DNA of 52,861 nt from Bigelowiella natans CCMP2755 (Eukaryota > Protista > Cercozoa), in assembly GCA_000320545.1 (NCBI GenBank), contig ADNK01003200.1, positions 1-52,861 of the forward strand, given 5' to 3'. The translations under genes were made by a program, and so were the position numbers. Below the pieces are notes generated by a model, which saw only the letters and a list, made by a program, of their open reading frames with translations, made no database searches and was not told the origin of the DNA. Every line of letters begins with the position of its first letter. The first letter of the stretch is position 1. This document shows, piece after piece, positions 39,874 to 51,202 of the stretch.

Positions 39874-40057
39874 TGACATTTTGTTGTTGCTTTGTTCCTG
39901 TTGTGATCGCATATCATCAGCTACACTTTTGTCGTGGCTCGAGGAGCCCCAGGCGAGCAAGATGCCGAAGGTTGCAACAATCAGAGCGACCTCTGTTTCA
40001 GCGGACTCACTTCGTCAATTCGCTGACCAGTTCCCAAAAAACAATTTAAAAGAATGA
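32855..40057 (+). CDS. WNK: WNK-family Ser/Thr kinase with autoinhibitory/CCT-like domain and long low-complexity C-terminus
   Basis: 'LGPGAYKDVY..DVAWN' (catalytic Lys in the Gly loop), '[16 protein letters not shown]', 'IGDFGLA', '[42 protein letters not shown]', then '[24 protein letters not shown]'. The 3' exon structure and the stop at 40057 are less certain. Confidence 0.93.
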
Positions 40058-40289
40058 AAAGAATATAAATAATTTGACTAAGATGGAAAACTGTAATTCT
40101 CTCCCCGCGGTTTTGTGTGACGAACTTTGAACCAAAAACCTTCCGATTTAGTAGGGGATTCCTATTCTAAAAGCAGAATTAGATTCTATGGATAGTTTCA
40201 ATACGTGTTCACCTAACTCGTTATGTGATCGTATCCTTACCAACAATGTAGATCAAGTATAGTAATTTTGGGAATGCCGCAATCGCTAG

Positions 40290-41330
40290 ATCGCTAGATG
40301 GATACAAAATGTACAGTGGATGTTTAGGCATGCGAGCATGCCTAGCTCTATAGCTAGACATGATTTTGCATTGACGGGCATTCGATGTCCACGAACAAGT
40401 CTAGTCTGTGCACATCTCTAGATCTAGACACATGCTTGCTAGCTAGCATGTCTCTGGATCTATGCGTCTAAACGTGTTTCTCTTTGTGCTCGTGCGTTCT
40501 TGTTGGCGATGTCTAGATGTGTATATGTGTCAAACTGAAGCAACACTAGAACACATTGTCCAAATCTCACAAATGAAGACATCTAGTAGACATGCCAGAT
40601 CTAGAGATGCCAGCATGCACACTAGATCTAGCTAGAGCTGCGGCCATGCTAGCTAGAGATGCTGGCTGTCAAATCCAGTAGCATGCACGCGGCATGCTAG
40701 CTAGCGTGCAAGCGTGCAAACTGTCCAGCCAGCTAGCCAGCCAGACCTGATCGCATCTAGTGATTGAAGATCACCGTCAGAATCGCTAGCGCCTAGATCG
40801 CTGCAGATCGGACGTTCATTCCAGCAATCTGGCTAGCTGGCTTGCATGCATAAAATTGACGTACCAGGTAGTCAGTCTGGTTGCAAAACGTCGCTTCACA
40901 CACACCTCTGGATCTGATCATGCTGGCATGCCAGCATGGGAGCAAAATTGATCACTCTCGCACTCCAGCTAGCACCATCAAGCCATGCTAGCATGCTAGC
41001 ATGCTAGCATGGCACTCACTAGCTCAGCATGCTAGCATGCAGGCACGCACCTGCAAGCCAGCAAGACTGGTAGCACACACACACCACCAAACCAGTGCAC
41101 ACACATTCGGAATGTCTAGCTGTGATGAGGTAGTGAGGCAATGAGCTGCAAGCTAGTCTCACTAGCAGGTGCTGTGCATCGATCAGACCCGGCTAGCCCG
41201 CCGAAAAGTTGGTGCCTACAGCTAGCTAGTCCTGCATCATCGTCAGCAGTCGCATGGTCGTGTCATCACAATTGCGTCGTGTGAATCGCATCAGCATCCA
41301 TCCGCGGCGAGTAGCGAGCACAAATGCCTC
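40290..41330. other. TpA-depleted island 5
   Basis: Most TA in CTAG; GCTAGC/CATG/TGCA saturation; (CATGCTAG)3+ at 40984-41011; CpG present. Confidence 0.88.
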
Positions 41331-41559
41331 CCAATGTTTCTCCATGGGGCGCAACATTTCTCCTCGCAATGCAACTGTGGAGAATTGCAAGCGATTCGTG
41401 CTAATTGTTGGATATATTTAGTGTGCGACAAAGGAAAAACGTTGTCGCATCGCACCTCATCGCCGTTTCTTTCGGCAGTGCAGCCCAGTCCCGGATACGA
41501 AAAGGCGGTCGGTCTCCTCCACTCACACATCCCACACTTGCATGCATCGAAATAGCATC

Positions 41560-42835
41560 ATGCCGCTCCTCGTGAGGAGCAGAAGGAACGAGGCGTGTAT
41601 TCGAAGGATGATGGCTTGTGCGTTGCTATTGATGGCAGCAGCTTGCTGTGTTCTCCTACTCAACACTGATAAGGAGCTCACATCACATCATCGCCCCCTC
41701 CCTACATCGCGCATTCATCTTGCCCCCAAGATCAACGGAGTTTCTTCTAGTTGCTTCGCAACACAGTCTCGCCCCCCCTCCTCTCTAGCGTCTGGAAAGT
41801 TTGGTCTCGAAATTCCGATGGCCAAGGGGCTGCAACGCACCGTTCCTGCTGCTTCGGAGTTTAACGAGGTGCCTGAGAGAAGGATACCTGTCACGGTCAT
41901 CACAGGCTTCCTTGGGTCAGGAAAAACCACGTTACTGAATAACATTCTTACCAAGGTGCGCTGAAGATGTTGTGCGAAAGGGGCGGGAGGGGAGGGGGGG
42001 AGAGCATTTTTTTGTGAATCCGTTTGTGTGTACATGTGGGCTGAAATGACCGTAGAATAAGATCAAATACGCTGCGCAAAAAGGTGTCGTTTCGCAATCA
42101 ACATAATATTGCTGATTACGAGGCTAATATCCTGTATTTACGGTTATAAATCCCCACTTTGCATTACCTTCCAGCCTGTTCTGTTTACACGGATGATCAC
42201 ACATATGCATGTATATACACATCGCCGTAGTCTCACGGTAAACGAATCGCTGTGATTGAGAACGAGTACGGCGAGATTGGTATTGACCAAGACCTCGTGG
42301 CTATCAAGAAAGAAGGAGGAGCAGACGATAGCAGCACCATAATGATGCTGAACAACGGATGCTTGTACGTGACGTTAGATTGCTTCTGTCCCCTCCTTAC
42401 GAGACCTGTTTTTAAACAAAAAAAAGTACCAAAAGAAGCGAAAGTGTCGGTATTTTGAAATACCTGTATTCCCGATATTCGGCTGCGTGGGCAACACGAA
42501 GCCACTAATTGTTTCTACTTCGCGCTTTTCTGTAGATATTACTCGTTTGTGGGATGTGAATCATCTATCATTCCCATAAATAAATCATGCTAAAAAAACC
42601 CATATCGACCCCACATTGATGCCCAAAATATCACATATGGTTGTTGGATTGAGAAGTCATGATATTTGCTTGAGAGCGTTTCTATCGCCTTTTGTTAAAT
42701 TCTTTCTACACCCTGCTTCTTCGGCCCCTCGTTCTAAGTTCCTCTCATATCGCTGCAGGTGCTGTAGTGTGAGAGACGACCTAATCGAGATGCTCATTGA
42801 ATTGTCAACTAAGGTATATATATATTTTAATATAA

Positions 42836-42872
<37 letters not shown>

Positions 42873-43101
42873 ACTATTTATTCAAGATAAATACGTGTGT
42901 AAGCGCGAGCGTGTGCACTATTCTCAATTCACGCCTCCTCCTCTTCCTCCCTCCGAAACAACGCAGTACCGGTCCAAGTTTGACCATATCATTATAGAAA
43001 CCACAGGGATGGCGGCTGTTGCGCCTATCATCCAGGTAACTTCGCTATATGCTCCTACATCATGCTTGGCCTTTCTTCTAACGCTGTCATCTTATGCTGA
43101 C

Positions 43102-43139
<38 letters not shown>

Positions 43140-44621
43140 CTCCCCCTCTTTGTCCCTGCTCGATTTATATGCAAATCAGGCATTCTACGCAGATCCAGAG
43201 GTTGCGGATAGAGTCTTCCTGGACGGGGTACTGACGATGATGCTGATGTCACATTAACAAATTCACATTACAACCCATTGGCAAACGCACAAGAAAGATG
43301 ATTCTTAGGATATTCCTTGGTCTACTTCTCGAATAATTCGGTCACTTAAACAGGTTGTGACGCTCGTAGATGCGAAACATATAATCTACCACTTGGACGA
43401 GGGCACCAATACGGTGAGGCTGCTTTGTGTGCTTTTAGTTTTCACGCTGACTACATGAATGGATGACGGTTTTCACACACCCGCGCACACACACGTACAA
43501 ACATATGGACTTATGTGCATACAAATATTCATTTTCTAAACATTTGTATTACATTTTATCGTATATGTGCTTATGGGTTGGAAGAGGCCCGACGGCGTGG
43601 TCAACGAGGCGCTCGATCAGATAGCGTACGCTGATAGGATCATCCTTAACAAGATTGATTTGCTGGGAGACGAAAAGGAGGTTAGCGAGCTGCAAGATAG
43701 GTAACTTACCTTTTACACACGATGGAAAACAATTTATGGAAAAGAAAGAAAGGAGTAATCATGCGGTTCTTCTCGCCAGAAACACACACACACACACACA
43801 CACACACAACATGTAATAATATACACTTTCGCAAACATTTGATGTTACCGCTGGTAGGTTGCGCAATATGAATCAAATTGCTCAGATAGTGACAACGAAG
43901 AAGGTGTGCTTAGCATTTTAGTGCTCGAGTTGTACAGTCCACATCGAAATTCTCTCATTTCAGTATATCCTAATAGTAATGATCATCTACCCCCGCCCCT
44001 CCGCCTGTTCTTCCAGTCCGATGTCAGTATCGACTATGTGCTCGGTGTGGGGGGATTTGACCTTGATAAGATCGAAGAAGAGAGCCGAGAATTGGTAGAT
44101 TGGAGTTTCGTAACAGAGCATACAGTATATATAATATATATTATGTGTGTGTGTGTGTGTGTGTGTGTGTATACACCAAGGTAGAATTATCGTCTACTAT
44201 CTCCACACATATACTACATCTAGTGATCTAAAGTATTATCGTCTCTCTCTCACGTTGTTTCGCCGACTTACACGTATAAATCAATACACAGATTATGAGC
44301 GCGGGTACTAGTAAAGAAGATGAGCACAGTCATCACCATCATGATGACAAAGACAGCGGCGCATCATCCTTAACATCGTCGCATACAGCCGATTGCAGTG
44401 ATCCTGACTGTAGTGATCCTGATCATCATCATCATCATGATCACGATGACCATCACCACCACCATCACCATATACACGTCAACCACGACGACCGCGTATC
44501 GTCAATAAGCGTTGAGATGGAAGGTAATACATGTTGGGGCGCGGAAATGGCGCTAACGTATAAATGCAGCATATGCCGAATATGATGAATATATTATGTA
44601 AATTGCAATGATGATGACACA

Positions 44622-44659
<38 letters not shown>

Positions 44660-45460
44660 ACATACACACATATGAACACAGTATTGCTTTGTTCTTCTCC
44701 TCGAGAAATATTAACTCAAACTGTTTTTGACACAACGCTTATCATCACCTTTGCTATTCTTCACCACGCAAACAGGTAACGTTGATTACGATAAGATCGA
44801 TCAATGGCTTGGAAGTAAGTAGTAGCATTGCTATGTTTACATCGAACGTTGTCACAATTACAACTAAAAACTAATAGATTTTATTCCAGTGTCCACCTTT
44901 GCCACAACGATAGCCTTATTACGCATGATTAGAGTTGATCTGCATGGTTCTTTCATGCGCCACCACCTTTCAAAATCTTGGGAAATTGTAGCGTACATTG
45001 ATAAGCCTGTTCGGTGTGTTTGGTATGCAAACAAAACAGTACTACTGAGCGAAATACACGTTGACCTTTATCGAATGAAGGGCATACTAGCAGTGGAAGG
45101 CTTTGACGAGAAATACGTTTTCCAGGGTACCCCACGCGACATTAGGCCTTTTTCGTGATTAGGCTCTGTAGAGAATGCAATATTTTCTATTCGATACAAA
45201 TAGAGGATAGACTCCGAAAGGTTTTCGAAAGGCACATCGTCGTTGCACTCAAAAAAACCGCTTGCTGTTGCTTCCAGTCCCGTCAGATCTTATTTTCGAG
45301 AGATATTGATAATTTCCCCGCTTTATTAGGTGTACATGCATTGTTTGAAGGCAAACCCCATGAGCTCTGGAAGGAGGGGTGTGTGTGTTTTTGTGTGTCG
45401 CATAATCGCAAAATCTCATCGCACAAACGCTAGAATGAGTATAATATTGATACTATACAT

Positions 45461-45497
<37 letters not shown>

Positions 45498-45509
45498 TTT
45501 ATGTGTGTG

Positions 45510-45541
<32 letters not shown>

Positions 45542-45843
45542 ATGTGTTGTTTTGATGGCGTGTCGTTTTCCTCCCAAAGGGAGGAGAGAAAGAGCAAAAT
45601 TGTCTTCATTGGAAGAGATTTACCAAAGGAGAGAATTCGGGTAGCACCTAACCCATGTAGACTTTCACGTACACTTCATATCTACAGAGTTTTAATAATT
45701 TTGCCGTCCCTCAACGGCACAACGACTCGGAAATTAAAAAAAATAAATAAAATTAATTAAATCGGAGCGGTTTCATTGATTGTTTAAATGTGCTAACATA
45801 GACCAGCTTCCTGGAATGTGCTGCTGTAGGAAATGAGGAATAA
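41560..45843 (+). CDS. COG0523/CobW (ZNG1-like) G3E-family P-loop GTPase metallochaperone with putative bipartite plastid-targeting leader
   Basis: 'IPVTVITGFLGSGKTTLLN', 'IAVIENEYGEIGID', 'NNGCL|CCSVRDDL' (CxCC), 'IIIETTGMA', 'QIAYADRIILNKIDL', His-rich linker, and CobW_C 'LYRMKGIL..FQGVH..SKIVFIGRDL'. A ~105-aa leader has a hydrophobic stretch followed by a Ser/Arg-rich segment. Confidence 0.93.
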
Positions 45844-46502
45844 ATGTGGGAAGACAGAGAGTAAAGGAAGAATGAAGCACAATATGTGAGCACAAATAGA
45901 GCAACAAACGTGTAGTTCACATCTAAGACATGAAGTTCATTCAAGAACACCTTGCAATGACAAGAATCGAGGTGTTTGGTAGCGCTGACTAATGGACCCT
46001 CTTACATTCTACATCATTTAAACATTCCTGTCTTCTTTGACTTTGATGATGGAGTTTACATGATGAAAATTGATTCATGCTGTGCTTGTCGTACATGGCT
46101 AAATGCAACTGATTGCGCTCAACTGCGCGATAGCAAGATGTTGGATTTGAGTGTTGTGGGCGGCTGATGTGATGTGTTCTTGTTATTCGGTTATGTACAC
46201 CTTGCGCTGTGCATCACACGAACTGTTTGTCATGTGACCTGCCATTCCAATGACAACGATAGCAAACCGGTATGCTTTGCAAGATGAGTCATCATCTATT
46301 AAATGAGATGTGTTTCTGCGCATTAAGACAAAATTTTCATCATGTCTTTATCATGTGCGCCTGAGTTGCTGAAGACCTGCGGCAAATGAAACAACCGCTC
46401 ATATCTTGTACATACATAGCTTCTCAAGTATGCGATCTAACGCCACAAGTAGGTGCTTTTTTTCGTGTAGTACGCATAGTACGAGACGGTGCACGTAAAA
46501 AT

Positions 46503-47837
46503 TCAATGTTTTATTGATTTTTTCTCGTCGTCGTATGCAAGCTCATTGCAAGGGTTCCGTCTCGTGCCATTTGATGACAGCTTCCTCCGTAACCACTGCT
46601 CTTTCTTCGGAACGTCATCACTATTAGGCATGCCACAACGCTCCACGAAAGCAAGAAGTTGACGAAACTCTCTGCTCGTTTTAAAGGAGTCCAAGTGCCT
46701 AGAATGTGTGCAAATGCAATTGCCTGGCGTTAGATATTAGGCACACCCCCCCATTGTCGCACTTGGTGCGAGCAGATAACAAATAAGCTACATTTCAGGA
46801 AGGCAGTGCGGAATTATTGGAAGTGAGAATGAAAATGCGGATTGCATAGGAAAAATGACATTACTGGCCGAGGTAGGTGAATCGGAGAAGAATAAAATTC
46901 GCTTGAAATATGGAAAGGGGGGGTTTCGTCAATCTTCAATCGTCAATTTTTACCTCGATTCAAGCCACTGTAAGATAGTTGATTCTACTATGACAAATGA
47001 CCCAGCATGTGCTACCATGTTTCGAATCTCTTCTTCCATAGCTTTCATCAGTTTTTGGGTTATACCGCATGCTCTACTGACCAGCAAAGGCTTCAAACTG
47101 CTGCAAGCATTTAAACATCCAATGATGATGACGAATGATGACGATAACAATAGAAAAAGGGAAAAACGCTGATAAGTTAAGAAACAATAAGCGGTATTGA
47201 TGAGACGGCTTTTCACAGAATATCTTCATATCAGATTCGCGTAAACAGCGTGAGAATCGATTATGTAGCATTAGTTAGAAAAATAACTCGGATACTGAGG
47301 GAATGGTGATATGATCAATGCATCATATGCGCAAAGTAAAGGGGAATGATGACGATGTTGCCCAATGATAAATCAAAGCATTCTATTACACGTCATATAG
47401 TCTCCTAGCTTCGTTTTGCAGCACGGCTTCTCAGCCTTCCTGAGCAACGTTACAAAGAAAGAACTAACATGGTATTCAATAATCCCCTCGTAGACTCGGC
47501 AAAGTGCGACGGGCTCAGCTCCATCTAGCACAACTAGATACTCTTAAGGCAATATGCGACGTATAAAACGATTTTGGTGGATTGTGTGCATTAGATTGTC
47601 AGTTGCGTGAGAAGCACCTCAAGATCATACGGCAAAGCCCACAAACGATATCTTCGTGCTTCCACCCAAGCACGAATCACCATCTGCTGTCCAATAGCTA
47701 ACATGGGGGGGGGGGGGGGGGGGAGATATACACGTGAATGCATGTAATGCAGCAAGTGGTTCTTATACGAAGTGATTCTTCTCTTCGATAAATGCAAAAG
47801 CTCAAAAGCACGTAGTATTAAGAAGAAAATGAGCACT

Positions 47838-47874
<37 letters not shown>

Positions 47875-48708
47875 CAATTCCAAGCACAAGATCTGCGGTA
47901 GTTGGGTGCACTGCATGATTTCCTATCCCGCATGTATCCGTTTGTTCAACCTTCTAGATACGAGGAAAACAAGCTAGCACCAGTAGGAACCAAAACGATT
48001 GATCTTAGGCTACACTGCGCCCTGATATCGATAAACAGAGCTGTTGTTTATACACAAGCAGGATGGTGATGAAAATGGTGCTGGTAGATGACTTTAGACA
48101 TGGTCCATCTTAAATGCATACTGGGTGATGACAAGGAAGAAGCACAAATAATGATGATGATGATGGATGATCACGATGATGGTGATATGACAACAATGGT
48201 GATATACCGACGATATCGTCGATGATAGTGTGTTTTGGCAGCAAACACAGTAACACACCACATCTCAACGCCTCTCCTCACAACGTGATACCGTGCGATC
48301 TTAAGTTCAGATATGGCCCACAACTCCGGTTTGGCAAGGAAGAACCTTTGGAAGGCCATCTGGTAATACATATCACTCACACCGCATTGACCACTGTGTT
48401 TCATCTGTCTCGTAGCGATGAGCAATTTTGACCTTTTCCAGGCTTAACAGCACTGTTTGAGCAGCACATCGCGTCGTAGCTGGTCGGTTGTATCCATCTA
48501 AGACTAGCCCGATCTCACCAAAGTAGCTCTTGGGCCGCAGTATGTTCACGGCTACATCGTCATGAAGCACCTAGAAGAATATGCTCATCAAGCTATAAAT
48601 GTGAGTAGCGTGGATGTTCATCCCCACGTACACACACACATAAAGGCACATACACACACAAAGGCACATACACATGCCATCTAGTGCCGTATGCGTGTCG
48701 AAAAGCAT

Positions 48709-48743
<35 letters not shown>

Positions 48744-49520
48744 AAGGGAAAGCTGGGAGGGGATGGTTTGTGGACGAATCGTCAGCATCATCAACAAAAT
48801 GGCAATTGTTAGACCGTTACTGCTCCCGATAACACTACATAGAACTTGGTGCCGGTAGAGCCTTGGTGATAAACGATCTCGTCCTCGAGAAAGGACTGGG
48901 TAAAAAACACACAAATAATCTTCCAGTTGGTCGCATCGAGTTGGCCACTGCGATTATACAATACACAATAATGATGAAAGAAAAGATAGATATTATAAGA
49001 GGCATAGCAAAGATTATGGCATTATGTCAGCAGACTTTTTGTCGAAGAAAATCTTATGGAACAAAAAAACAATAAAAGCATCATACAACGATTATCTCAA
49101 AACAACAGGATTCAAAAAAAAATAAATACATATAATGATGTAAATAGGAACATGGGGCTTGTTAGCGGTTGGGATTTTTGCCACAAGAAGCAACATCGAG
49201 CGTGCGTACGGCTTCGACAACGAGGCGATGGCGACAGGAAATCAGTAACATCAAAACTCCCGTTGTTCACACGTTCACTTTTGCTACCTCCAGAATATTG
49301 ATCAGTCTTGATGATTAGCTGTACTTTTCCATTTGTATGTGTACGATGCTAATTGAAGATTCCGAAACCAAATTATCGGGGTGCTATTCATCATTGCCTG
49401 GGTCGTGTCAACGGCATCTTTTCTCTTCTTTCCATTACGATTGAGCGGCCTATTACGAGTTTCGCCGAACGTGGAAAAGCTCGGTCTCGACGTCGCTGTA
49501 CATGGTAGGCGATTGGGCAT
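46503..49520 (-). CDS. Cyclic-nucleotide-binding domain protein with C-terminal RGS-like region
   Basis: cNMP motif 'DEIVYHQGSTGTKFYVVLSGAV..VNILRPKSYFGEIGLVLDGYNRPATTRC..LLSLEK'; downstream 'SLRSIVLVPTGASLF', 'IRAWVEARRY' and 'SFVIVESTILQWLESRHLDSFKTSREFRQLL' resemble RGS helices. Start inferred. Confidence 0.7.
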
Positions 49521-49949
49521 GTGCGAAATTTAAATATCTCATATTTTGCGGTAATGAGGAATTTTTGCATCGCCAATTATTAAGGGAGAAGACTGAACTA
49601 TAATTCAAAAAAAAAGCATCTGAGAAATAATCGATTGTCTCTGTCATCGTGCAATGCAAACTCCCGATTTGATCATGTGTTGCCAGTTGCCACACGTTCT
49701 CTCATCGTGAGACCATTATATGCTTATATAATTTTCCAGGAGTACCATGGCGAAACAAAGTTGAGATAGTTGATTTGAAGAGAGAAGAGGCTCGAAAAGA
49801 GAGCATATGTGATAATGATCAGAGTGGCCCATACCCTCCTGCAATTATTGCCGGTTGTTAGTCAATATGAACATGTCCCTAAGCCTCACAAAAAATCAAT
49901 TAATTCTCTTTCTTCGTCAGTCAACTTCCTCCTCAGCAAAAATTTGATG

Positions 49950-50838
49950 GAATCTAGTCACTCCGTCATGCAACATGCATCCCCATGTGCCAATATGCTA
50001 ATGGGCACGTGCTAGCATGGCAACTGCATGCTACATTAAATGCATGTTTTGGCAGTTGTGCACTGAGTCTTTTCTTCTTAGTTTGACGGGTGCATCGGCG
50101 TCGCAATCTAGCAATGTGCACGCACATGCTAGCATGCGCACATGTGCATGCATTGATCCCACCATTCATCTGGTTGCACATGAAAAGCAGTTGTTCAGAT
50201 CACACTTGTTCACTTGGACACAAATCCAAGGACCTCATGGAAAATCGCATTTTTTTACATTTTGACATACGGCCTTGTGCGTTGTGTTGCTGATGGTCCT
50301 GCCACAACACGTCGTGTGTTTCTGCAGCTCTGTGGAAGCAAGAAATGGCAAAATTCGTGGTGTGAAGAAGTCCGAGCCATCGGTGTCTAGCACGTTCGAG
50401 AAGAAGGAATGTCCTCTTCATCTGGTGAGGAACCTGGATGGGGAGATTGTTAGGCACACCTTCAGAACAATGCAATGAAACCTTTTGAACCAAATTCACT
50501 TCACGAAACTTCAGCGTGTTGGTGACCTGCGTGCCTCATTTCAGCATTGCACATGCCAGCGTGCTGCATCACCAGCACAACTCAAGTTCGTTGTCGTTCA
50601 GTTTGGTTGCGGCAGAGAAATTGTTCTTCGCCTCTGCACATGATAGACACAGTGATGCACATGCACAATGTGCATGTGCAACATGCACATTGCATTGCGT
50701 GTCTGTGATGCACTAGTGCATTCGCATTCACACCAACCAGGCACATTGAACATTGAACATTGAACTGAGCACTGGTGCAAAACCACGTGCGCAAGAACCA
50801 CACGGGAGACCGGCGTTTGCACGCAGCAGCGCCTGCAT
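49950..50838. other. TpA-depleted island 6
   Basis: 50271-50838 has only 4 TA in ~570 nt, all TAG (CTAG, TTAG, ATAG, CTAG). Confidence 0.88.
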
Positions 50839-50888
50839 GTAGCGCGTACCACTACGCGGGCACAAGTCACGTGCGACAACAAAGGGGT

Positions 50889-51163
50889 TGTCGCGGATAT
50901 AGAATATAGATAACGTAGATATTAATACAGCATAGGCACGTGGGTTCCGGCGGGACTCATGGCAGCACACCGGAAGTGTGCTGCCCCACGTGCGGCGGCA
51001 TTCGCGAAAGCTTCGCGAATGATTACGCAGTGCACGATTTAATAAAAATATAATCTTTAATAAAAATAAACACAACTCTTCAAAAGGAAGCAAACGTGCC
51101 TTTCCCCCCCCCTGCCTACTTGTGCACGTAGCGCCTCGGCCTGTGAACACCTTACGCGCAACA
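50889..51163 (+). repeat. Putative 5' LTR (~275 bp)
   Basis: Begins TGTCGCG and ends CGCAACA (6/7 inverted match, TG..CA); AATAAA at 51041 and 51059; followed 5 nt later by TGG. The second LTR is outside the window, so the boundaries are unconfirmed. Confidence 0.65.
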
Positions 51164-51168
51164 ACCTT

Positions 51169-51186
51169 TGGCTTCCACACACGGGA
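51169..51186 (+). promoter_or_regulatory. Putative primer-binding site (TGGCTTCCACACACGGGA)
   Basis: TGG-initiated 18-mer just after the LTR end; loosely resembles the complement of a tRNA-Glu/Asp 3' end, identity not confirmed. Confidence 0.5.
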
Positions 51187-51202
51187 AACGATTTGACTAA
51201 CA

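Noticed and set aside
2046-48914. Many short ORFs with (YI)n, (CV)n, (HT)n, (LS)n or poly-Y runs
   Set aside because: They are translations of intronic microsatellites or antisense shadows of real exons.
198-50838. Explaining the TG/CA-rich islands as CpG-methylation decay or fungal-type RIP
   Set aside because: CpG is plentiful in the islands and the missing dinucleotide is TpA; RIP would increase TpA.
50936-51021. Hammerhead or HDV-like ribozyme in the LTR
   Set aside because: Stems are present, but the CUGAnGA/GAAA core or an HDV pseudoknot could not be matched on either strand.
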